Shown: piece after piece, positions 28,379 through 36,330 of the stretch
How positions within the stretch are numbered: position 1 is the first letter of the stretch
Layout of the letters: every line of letters begins with the position of its first letter
IMG/VR virus record: IMGVR_UViG_3300025897_000009
DNA length: 64,000 bases
Origin: a virus
Strand: one strand, 5' to 3'
Notes under the pieces: generated by a model
What the model was told of the DNA's origin: nothing
Databases searched by the model: none
The model's input: only the letters and a program-made list of their open reading frames with translations
Program-made: the position numbers and the translations under genes

Positions 28379-29212
28379 TTATCCTACTCTTATTTGAAAT
28401 GTTTTAACTGTCGTGTTAGTGTTTGCTGGAGTAATCAATAATCTGATATTTCCTCCAGAGATGTCGGCATCTAAAGTCATAAGACTTGAAGATGTGAACA
28501 CTGTTGCATATTCTGACATATACACAGTTGTCCCATCATGTGTCACTAAAACTTCAGTAGCATGATATCCAGCACTTGCATGAGATCCTGAGATCACATA
28601 CTTGACTGTTCTATTAGAACTTGCAGATACTGAAGACAGTACCTGATCGGCAGTTGTTGCCGCAAAAGTTGATGAAGTATTATATCCAGCAACTAAGTCT
28701 AACTCTTCAAGTGCAACAACTTCAACAACATCACCACTGAGGGCACTTGAAGTCAAAGTTATGGTGGAAGCATCAGTTGTCGTATAGTCAACTGCTCCTC
28801 CCACTAACTTTACACCATTAAGATAAACTTGTTCTTCACCAGCAACATAAGATAACGAATTACCATTATCGTCATTGCCAGTTATAGAGGTGGTCGTACC
28901 TGATATCGAATAAGTATAGGTTGTCGCTGCATTACCTGTACCCAACTGATCAGTGAAACTTAATGCTCCACTTCCATCTGTTGTTAACACCTGAGTGCTA
29001 GCACCATCTGAAGTTGGGAATGAGAATGCAGAGTTGATAGAAAAAGTTGCAGGATTAGATCCAACTTCCACTACAGAAGCAGAACCATCATTCTTTTCTA
29101 GAAATACTCGACCATCATAAGTGTTGACAGCCAATTCACCTAATACAAGATCAGATGTAGCAGGAACACTTCCTGATGAAGAATTTCTTTTTAACTGTAT
29201 TACTGCAGCCAT
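28379..29212 (-). CDS. Fibre-like structural protein
   Basis: IQLKRN..VP..L.LGELAVN N-terminal module; VYLNGVKL..DY module; DADISGGNIRLL C-domain. Confidence 0.75.
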   Translation of the reverse strand: MAAVIQLKRNSSSGSVPATSDLVLGELAVNTYDGRVFLEKNDGSASVVEVGSNPATFSINSAFSFPTSDGASTQVLTTDGSGALSFTDQLGTGNAATTYTYSISGTTTSITGNDDNGNSLSYVAGEEQVYLNGVKLVGGAVDYTTTDASTITLTSSALSGDVVEVVALEELDLVAGYNTSSTFAATTADQVLSSVSASSNRTVKYVISGSHASAGYHATEVLVTHDGTTVYMSEYATVFTSSSLMTLDADISGGNIRLLITPANTNTTVKTFQIRVG

Positions 29213-29243
29213 TTTAATATCCTCTGATTACTTATTATGAATC

Positions 29244-30662
29244 TTAGTAAGATCCGCCATCAATTCCTGTGATAGAAACAGCACCAGATGTTACAGTAAA
29301 CTCAGAAGAGTTAAAAGAAGCAATACCTTTGTTAGAATCAGTAGCATCTTCTGCAGATAAAGTGATAGCACCATCTGCGTTTGTTACATCAAGACCTTCA
29401 CCTGCTGTTAAAGTAGCAAGTTCCATGTCGCCGTTTGATCCATTACCGATCATTAATTGACCAGCAGTTGGAGCAGCACCATCCAAGGATGTTATAGAAC
29501 CTGACAAAGCAAGTCCTGAAACTTCTAATCCACCAAATACTGCGTTCATCGCTGTACCTGTGAAGACTGAAGATGTATCTGTTGCATCATGCAATGCTAC
29601 AAACTTCTCATTAGATTCATCCATACCGAAGAAACCTACTTTAGCAGATCCATCGTTATATTTGAATTTAATACCTCTATCGAGGTTGTCGTCTGCAGAA
29701 TCGTCACCAATTTCAAACACTGGATCAGCGATTGAAACTGTTGTAGAGTCAACAGTTGTTGTTGTACCTGAAACAGTTAAGTTTCCAGTAACAGTAAGAC
29801 TGTCACCAATAACTACATCGTCAGGTAATGAAACTGTTACAGTCTGCCCTGAAGCAGATGTTACGATTTCGTTAGTAGTACCAGCAATTGTTAAAGACTG
29901 AGAGTCTAGATCAACAGCAAAAGTACCAGAATCACCAGCACCGTCTAAATCTTGTGCAGTGATATTTGTATCAACATAATCTTTAACAGCAGCAGATGTA
30001 GGTAAAGTTGTATCGTTATCGTTAGATGCGATTCCCTCTCCTTCTGTTACAAATACTGCGTCTGCGATTTTGTCAAGTGTGATTGCGTCATTAGCAATCG
30101 TTAAAGCACCATTAGATGCTAAAGTTGCATCACCAGAAATGCTAACATTGTCAAATGAATCACTTCCGTCATGAACAAGTACTTGTCCAGTTGAAGGTGT
30201 TGTGATATCTGAGTCTGTTGCACCTGCTAATGTAGATGTTGTGGAAACAAATGAAAGGTTTCCAGATCCGTCAGTGCTTAGGACTTGTCCACTAGTACCA
30301 TCGCCACTAGGTAAAACCCATGCGAGTGAACTTGTGATTGCGTCTGGTGCCTTAAACCCAACATAGTTAGTACCATTATCGGTATCTTCTCTAAGTTGTA
30401 AAGTTGCACCAGCAGTTGCGCCATTACCTACGATAAAATTCGAAGGTGTTGGAGCAGAACCATCTACGACGTCTGTGTAAAACTTACCACCGACCGCATG
30501 AACAGCAACTGATTCGTCGTTGTTTACCGATTCGATATATAGTTTCGCACTTGCTCCGTCGTTAGACTTATCCTGAGCATATGCCATTTCCCCTGCCGAT
30601 AAATTACTATCGATGGGGGCAGCACTACCTGTAGATCTTTTAATTTGTATAACTGTGGCCAT
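29244..30662 (-). CDS. Tail fibre-like structural protein
   Basis: IQIKRSTG N-module, LPSGDGTSGQVLSTDGSGNLSF, GNLTVSGTTTTVDS; C-terminal DGGSY. Confidence 0.78.
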   Translation of the reverse strand: MATVIQIKRSTGSAAPIDSNLSAGEMAYAQDKSNDGASAKLYIESVNNDESVAVHAVGGKFYTDVVDGSAPTPSNFIVGNGATAGATLQLREDTDNGTNYVGFKAPDAITSSLAWVLPSGDGTSGQVLSTDGSGNLSFVSTTSTLAGATDSDITTPSTGQVLVHDGSDSFDNVSISGDATLASNGALTIANDAITLDKIADAVFVTEGEGIASNDNDTTLPTSAAVKDYVDTNITAQDLDGAGDSGTFAVDLDSQSLTIAGTTNEIVTSASGQTVTVSLPDDVVIGDSLTVTGNLTVSGTTTTVDSTTVSIADPVFEIGDDSADDNLDRGIKFKYNDGSAKVGFFGMDESNEKFVALHDATDTSSVFTGTAMNAVFGGLEVSGLALSGSITSLDGAAPTAGQLMIGNGSNGDMELATLTAGEGLDVTNADGAITLSAEDATDSNKGIASFNSSEFTVTSGAVSITGIDGGSY

Positions 30663-30739
30663 TTGAAATTTCCTCTGTTAGTTAATTATTAAAAGTGTAA
30701 TATAATATAGTTGATTTATAATGTAATGATGACAGGGAA

Positions 30740-30976
30740 CTAAAAAGTACCACCATCTAAAATGGTAGTTGTCACCCACTTATCAGTAGCAGCATCGTAC
30801 GACAGCAAACCATCATCGCTTTCTGTCGCATTTACATCAGCAAGATCATTCAACTCAGAAGTCGAAACTCCTGCGTTAGATGAACCGATTGCTACTTGTT
30901 TTATTTTTGCCCCACCAGCAGAAGAAGAAACTCTTGCTCTTACTGATGGACCTGTGTTAACTCTAATTTTTGGCAT
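30740..30976 (-). CDS. Small fibre-associated protein
   Basis: LNDLADV..DGLLSYD..TDKW module; C-terminal DGGTF. Confidence 0.65.
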   Translation of the reverse strand: MPKIRVNTGPSVRARVSSSAGGAKIKQVAIGSSNAGVSTSELNDLADVNATESDDGLLSYDAATDKWVTTTILDGGTF

Positions 30977-31308
30977 TATACAGTGACTCCAGGTGTAACT
31001 ATAACTTGTCCTTCAACTATTCTGGTCTTATCCCCTCCAGATGCTGTGATGACACAGTCATAGACATATCTTCCATATTCCAATGCTGCAGTTTGTGTAT
31101 CAGTGAGTTCTAAAGTCAATTGTCCACTTGCTTCAGTCACTACCACATTAAATGTTGCTGCTGCAGAACTGCTACTATATGATTTTTTAACCTCTGCTGC
31201 TCCAGTGTATCCAGTTAAATCCATGACTGAACCATCACTGTTAGTTAAGTCAACAGTGAAACTAAAGTCGGATCCTTGATCCACATAAAGATTTGAGATT
31301 GATGCCAT
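30976..31308 (-). CDS. Ig-like fibre/baseplate adaptor (BppU-N-like)
   Basis: NLYVDQGSDF, DLTGYT, GRYVYD, RIVEGQVIVTPGVT; late promoter at 31328-31335. Confidence 0.7.
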   Translation of the reverse strand: MASISNLYVDQGSDFSFTVDLTNSDGSVMDLTGYTGAAEVKKSYSSSSAAATFNVVVTEASGQLTLELTDTQTAALEYGRYVYDCVITASGGDKTRIVEGQVIVTPGVTV

Positions 31309-31338
31309 ATTGTAGTTCCTTACAACTTATTTATACAA

Positions 31339-32133
31339 TTAGAGGTTGTATTGCTGTGCTCCAAATAACATAATTACAGGTGTTTTCGCAGTAGTTCGCG
31401 ACTCTTTCGAGACATTAAACTCTTGCACACCTTCATATTCTTTATTGTTTATATCTATGGTACCATCTAACAATAGTAGCACAGATTTTTCACCTTCAGG
31501 TCTAATATACACGAAATCTTCAGGTTCAAGTACATGTACATCATATTTCCAGAAGTCAAATGGGGTGGGTAAAGTTTGAGGATTGTAATTATTAGAGATA
31601 CAATTTATAGTTGAACCATCAACTAAAGAAGTTGTGGTCACATGATACATCTCTTCGGGATTTTCATTTCGAGAGTTTTCTATGTTAATCTTCGGTATGC
31701 GATCAACTTTGCTTACATTATGATCACCTCTCTTATCTATATGTCCTGGATTTTCTTTATCTAACTCATAATCTGAAGGATTGCCATCTTTGTCTATAGC
31801 AACGACTTCTATTTCACCTTTTGTATATATGTGTATCCTTTTATTGTGGACTAAGTTGCCATCATCCATCATCTTTAAAGATTTGTAAAAGATAGGATCC
31901 CACTCTTTGACTGTATCCCAAACTTCTTGCTCAGTTATGTCTGTCTTTTTTAAATGTTTGGCATAGATCTGTTTGATGTGTTTCCAAAGTTCTTCTCTGT
32001 CTACAGGATGAGTTGCTTCTAATGCATGATCAGTCGGAGCAGAGTATCTGGTAACATAACCTTTGTCTAAGATAGATCTTTCGACTGTAAAGGTTTCACC
32101 TTTATATGTTTTGCTAATTCTATTTGGTATCAT
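31339..32133 (-). CDS. Hypothetical protein with a C-terminal cupin-like segment
   Basis: C-terminal YDVHVLEP..SVLLLLDGTIDIN resembles the two upstream paralogs. Confidence 0.55.
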   Translation of the reverse strand: MIPNRISKTYKGETFTVERSILDKGYVTRYSAPTDHALEATHPVDREELWKHIKQIYAKHLKKTDITEQEVWDTVKEWDPIFYKSLKMMDDGNLVHNKRIHIYTKGEIEVVAIDKDGNPSDYELDKENPGHIDKRGDHNVSKVDRIPKINIENSRNENPEEMYHVTTTSLVDGSTINCISNNYNPQTLPTPFDFWKYDVHVLEPEDFVYIRPEGEKSVLLLLDGTIDINNKEYEGVQEFNVSKESRTTAKTPVIMLFGAQQYNL

Positions 32134-32710
32134 TATTGATTTCAGTTATAATAGCAACCATGACTTCATTCTTTGCTCGTATGGTAATGTCTTTACCAGA
32201 TGATGCTCTACAGTATTCAAACCCCTTAACATGGTTGTCATTAATTTGAGCACGTCCTTTTGCTATAAAGATATGTATATTTCCACCCATGTTGCCGATC
32301 TTGATGTATTCATCTTTTTGTAGAGTGGCATAATCGTACACAAGTTCCTTTTCTTGCATCTTATGCTTAGGATGAATGCAGTAAAGATGTCCTCCGTCTA
32401 TAAAGTGCATCCTAACTTCGGATGCATCAGTGTGGTTAGGATACCATGGTCTTCCTGGCATAGGATTTGGTTTGAGACCTGTATTAGCATAATGTATGTT
32501 ACACCAACCACTAGGAGCAACACCAAAACTATGAGAGTCTTTTCCAAAAAGGACATCATGCCTCTCAGTAAATATATGAATTGCGGAACTTGGTCGTTCA
32601 CCTTCTCTACCCTCCTCGAATCGATGAGTGTTTACTTGATAGAACTCATCTACTTTAGCATGGTTATCAAATACTAAGACATCGTCGTAGTTGTACCATT
32701 GCCATTTCAT
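32120..32710 (-). CDS. Hypothetical cupin-like protein (paralog of 32707-33324)
   Basis: GWCNIHY..PNP, DYATLQKDEYI..IFIAKGRAQIN. Confidence 0.6.
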   Translation of the reverse strand: MKWQWYNYDDVLVFDNHAKVDEFYQVNTHRFEEGREGERPSSAIHIFTERHDVLFGKDSHSFGVAPSGWCNIHYANTGLKPNPMPGRPWYPNHTDASEVRMHFIDGGHLYCIHPKHKMQEKELVYDYATLQKDEYIKIGNMGGNIHIFIAKGRAQINDNHVKGFEYCRASSGKDITIRAKNEVMVAIITEINNDTK

Positions 32711-33324
32711 AATTCAGATACCACACAAACCATGTTATCTGAAGATCTGCCTTGTATATCGTAATCTTTGTTTCCTGAAATAGTAATAAAGTTTATAGAA
32801 TCTATTACATCACTATCTTTATATCTTCCACGATTGAGTATCTTTACTTTTCCATGTAAAGCAAACACCCAAACTCGTTTGCCAGGATGTTTCAATCTGA
32901 TGTACTCACCTTTTTGTAATTGAGCAAAGTCCCATACGCATTCTACATCACGCATTGTTTTAGGGTTTGCCAATACGCAGAGTGACATCGCATCATCTTG
33001 GAACATCCACTTAATCGAAGTGCCTGTGTATCCTGGCCAAGAAGGAGTTCCTTGAAATGGATTAGGGTCTAATTGCCTAAAATAGTTTATGTTATTCCAC
33101 CCATGTGCATGCACACGACGTGTGACACCAGAACCATCTGCTGCTGGAGCATCCATCTCATTAACGATAGTGCCACCAATGACACATCTAAAGTTGCTAT
33201 GTCTTTGTTCTAGTTCTCTGCCTTTTTGGGGTAGATGAGTGTTGGGAGTATAGACTTCTCCTTTCTTGCCTTCAATAGAAAACATCCAGAAATCTTTAGC
33301 ATCCCAAAATCTATTTTTCGCCAT
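32707..33324 (-). CDS. Hypothetical cupin-like protein
   Basis: GWNNINY..PNP, DFAQLQKGEYI..VFALHGKVKILN. Confidence 0.6.
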   Translation of the reverse strand: MAKNRFWDAKDFWMFSIEGKKGEVYTPNTHLPQKGRELEQRHSNFRCVIGGTIVNEMDAPAADGSGVTRRVHAHGWNNINYFRQLDPNPFQGTPSWPGYTGTSIKWMFQDDAMSLCVLANPKTMRDVECVWDFAQLQKGEYIRLKHPGKRVWVFALHGKVKILNRGRYKDSDVIDSINFITISGNKDYDIQGRSSDNMVCVVSEL

Positions 33325-33886
33325 AATCTTCTATATCTCGTAGTGCTTCTTTCATACTTTGCACTTCTTTGTAGTTTGCTGAATGTTGAATAGTCAACTC
33401 AGGGATTTCTATGTTTACATCAGTATCTATAATCTCATGAATTTTTTGTATTACATAATCATGAGATAAAGAGTCCAGATCTGGATCTTCTAAGAGTCCT
33501 AGATTGAGTGTAGATATTCTACATCTCTTAGTCGAATTGTAAGTTAAGTTGCTTGCTAAATGGTTTAATGATGCTTTCTGTGCAGCATAAAGATAACCCT
33601 TTGAGATATTGGGTTCTGCTGCTCTAGATGAAATGTTAATAATTAGTTTCTTAGGGTCATGTCTCCATTCATTAAAGATAGCATGTAGCAATTCAGTTTG
33701 TCGGAAGCGAAGATGTGCTAAGTTTATAAAAACATCACAGTCTTTTGCTTTCGATATGACTTCATCCACATTCTCAATAGAAGTTCCTTTACTCGAAAAG
33801 GCAACTATCTTAATATAACTAAATTGTTCTAGATACTCTGCTAGTTTTTTGCCGAGTCCACTTTTACCTGTGATTGCTATCTTCAT
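33311..33886 (-). CDS. Short-chain dehydrogenase/reductase-like protein
   Basis: IAITGKSGLG Rossmann motif, FINLA, IINISS, YAAQK (YxxxK). Confidence 0.85.
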   Translation of the reverse strand: MKIAITGKSGLGKKLAEYLEQFSYIKIVAFSSKGTSIENVDEVISKAKDCDVFINLAHLRFRQTELLHAIFNEWRHDPKKLIINISSRAAEPNISKGYLYAAQKASLNHLASNLTYNSTKRCRISTLNLGLLEDPDLDSLSHDYVIQKIHEIIDTDVNIEIPELTIQHSANYKEVQSMKEALRDIEDYGEK

Positions 33887-34787
33887 ATTTGTTTATCAAG
33901 TCAAAACTTGGTTTGCCAAAGAGTGATCCGTCTACACTGCATTTGTTGCAAGGGGATTGACTTCTGTCTCCTTTTCTTAATTTGTTTCTTATTTTTTTCA
34001 TGGGTTTACTAAACCACACATCATGTAATGACGATTGTAAAAGATTTCCTACGACATGTTCTCTACCCCAATCATTTGAACAAAACAACACATCCCCATT
34101 CCAATCTACAAACATTTTATAGAAAGGATAGTGGCATGGTTTACCTTGTAGAGATTTGATGTCGGACTCTTCGATACCAACCCAATCGATCACACCACTT
34201 CTATTGTTGAGTATCAATCCATGTTTTTCAAAATCACCCCAATGCATCCGATACTTATATTTGTCTCTAGGAATCTCTGCCCAAAGAATTAACTCATCAA
34301 AATGTTCCATCTGTTCTGGACCATCATAAAGATTAATGTAAATTAAATCTAATCCGTTATTGTGAATAAGATCTACTAGATACTTATGATCTAACTTATC
34401 ACCATTAGTGTTACATTCTAATGTAGCATAAGGTAACTCTGTTCTGAAAATTTTAACGATATCTCTAAAATCTGGATTGAGTAAGTTCTCACCAAACCCA
34501 CTAAATGAAATTTTACCACTGTAATTATTTTCTGCTAACTCTTCTGCGATGATCTGTGCACCTTTGATTGTTAGATGTAAATTTCTATTTGGGAATACTT
34601 CTGGATCGTGACGAGGACAAAACACACATGTTCTATTACACAACTCTGTGGTATTAATCTCTATTGTAAGTATTGAAGATAAGGGTTTGTCAAGTTGATT
34701 GTGATGCTTTTCGAAGTGCTTTCGTTCTTGTTCTCTACGATGCTCTAAGAAACCATATTGATCAACTGCTGGTATCCTTTCTGTCAT
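33864..34787 (-). CDS. Radical SAM protein with SPASM/twitch domain
   Basis: CNRTCVFC (CxxxCxxC); C-terminal CHYPF..DWNGDVLFC..GN..CNKC. Confidence 0.92.
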   Translation of the reverse strand: MTERIPAVDQYGFLEHRREQERKHFEKHHNQLDKPLSSILTIEINTTELCNRTCVFCPRHDPEVFPNRNLHLTIKGAQIIAEELAENNYSGKISFSGFGENLLNPDFRDIVKIFRTELPYATLECNTNGDKLDHKYLVDLIHNNGLDLIYINLYDGPEQMEHFDELILWAEIPRDKYKYRMHWGDFEKHGLILNNRSGVIDWVGIEESDIKSLQGKPCHYPFYKMFVDWNGDVLFCSNDWGREHVVGNLLQSSLHDVWFSKPMKKIRNKLRKGDRSQSPCNKCSVDGSLFGKPSFDLINKYEDSNHR

Positions 34788-34941
34788 TATAAAATCCTCG
34801 TTCTATAATAGCAGTTTTGATTCTTGGTTCTTTAGGTTCAAAGAGTGCCATGGCACCACGAAGATCTTCTTCGTTATCAGATTCTGCTTTTAGAACATCA
34901 ATGTAAGTTTGACTATTAGTTAAAGATGTTGATTTTTCCAT
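34762..34941 (-). CDS. 59-aa ORF between mirror-repeat protein 2 and the radical SAM gene (below ORF-track cutoff)
   Basis: Manual translation MEKSTSLTNSQTYIDVLKAESDNEEDLRGAM...; TAATG coupling at 34941. Confidence 0.5.
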   Translation of the reverse strand: MEKSTSLTNSQTYIDVLKAESDNEEDLRGAMALFEPKEPRIKTAIIERGFYNDRKDTSS

Positions 34942-36320
34942 TATAAATTAAACTGTGGGGTTGGTACAGTCTGGTGTATTTTACTAATGTCGTTAGCAGG
35001 AGCAGTTGGATCATTCACATAGATCTCTTGTGCTTTCCTAATTGTACCACCCTGATTTATATATACTCCCTTTGCTTTCGCTATCGGACCTATAGGTCTA
35101 GTCGCAGAATATGGTTGTTGAGCAGGGTTTTGATATGTCTGCTGAAAATTATATGCTTGCTGATATGCTTGTTGTATTGGTCTCTGAGCACTATAGGTTT
35201 GTTGATACGCATATGGTTGCTGGAATGCATAAGGTTGTTGAAAACTATAAGGTTGCTGAAATGGATATGGTGTTTGATATGTATGCTGATAAGATTGTTG
35301 AAAAGCATAAGGTTGTTGAAATGGATATGTACCATTTGCAGGTCTTACCCCATTAGCAGGACGAGTAGCAGGTCTTTGTGCCTGTATAGGTCTAGTTGAT
35401 GCTGTCTGGAAAGTTGTATTAATCGTTGCTGCCTGAGCATTTAATGTGTTACTTGCATCATAGAATTCAGGACTTGGTTCACTGTCTCCTTGTTCAAAAG
35501 TTTCATCTTCCATACTCCAATTAACTTGGAAACCATATGGACCTGAAGTTCCTGCAGTAAATTGGTATGATCCTTCAGGAACTGCTGTTGCACCAGAGAT
35601 AAGGTATGTGTTTGCAATTGCTGGAGTTTGAGCAATCAAATCAAACTCACCATCTTGAGCATCTCCTGCGAAGTAACCTTGCGGACCCATTTGCCAATTA
35701 AGAGTGTCACCCTTATTTAATTGTGCTTGAATAGGTGTATTGCTTTGACCAAATGGAGATGCTAATGTTACAGTAGATCTCGGTAAACCTACATTTGCTT
35801 GTACAGCATAGGTGCTCACGAGAGCAGGGTTTGTTCTCTGATATGGTTGAGTAAAGGGTTGCTGAAACTGATAAGGTGCTTGCGCAGCACCTTTCGGTGT
35901 TTGATATGGTGCTGTACCTGACGCAGGTCTTACACTCGTTCTAGTTGAAGGTTGCTGAGCAGGTGTAGGTTGCTGAAAAGGTTGTTGAAAACTATAGTTC
36001 TGCTGAAAAGGTTGCTGGAATGCATAAGGTTGTTGAAATGGATATGTTCCATTTGCAGGTCTTGTTCCATTGGCTGGTCTTGTAGCAGGTGTTTGTGCTG
36101 GAGTTTGCCCTGTTGCAGGTCTGGTACCATTCGCAGGTCTTGTTGCTTGTAGAGGTACAGTTCCTGTTGCTGGTCTTGTAGCATCATATGCTTGTTGAGC
36201 AGGTCGATTTGCTGGTCTTTGTCCAGATGCAGGTCTGGTCGCAGGTTGTTGTATAGGTCTGAATGCCGTGTATGGCTGTTGGAAGTTACTCCCGATATTT
36301 ACATAGATATCATCTGCCAT
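34941..36320 (-). CDS. Mirror-repeat protein 2 with internal globular domain
   Basis: RPAxG and PYxFQQ units in constant antiparallel register (i+j=423), an inner PK-centred hairpin, and a ~140-aa non-repeat domain. Confidence 0.85.
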   Translation of the reverse strand: MADDIYVNIGSNFQQPYTAFRPIQQPATRPASGQRPANRPAQQAYDATRPATGTVPLQATRPANGTRPATGQTPAQTPATRPANGTRPANGTYPFQQPYAFQQPFQQNYSFQQPFQQPTPAQQPSTRTSVRPASGTAPYQTPKGAAQAPYQFQQPFTQPYQRTNPALVSTYAVQANVGLPRSTVTLASPFGQSNTPIQAQLNKGDTLNWQMGPQGYFAGDAQDGEFDLIAQTPAIANTYLISGATAVPEGSYQFTAGTSGPYGFQVNWSMEDETFEQGDSEPSPEFYDASNTLNAQAATINTTFQTASTRPIQAQRPATRPANGVRPANGTYPFQQPYAFQQSYQHTYQTPYPFQQPYSFQQPYAFQQPYAYQQTYSAQRPIQQAYQQAYNFQQTYQNPAQQPYSATRPIGPIAKAKGVYINQGGTIRKAQEIYVNDPTAPANDISKIHQTVPTPQFNL

Positions 36321-36330
36321 GATCTATCCT

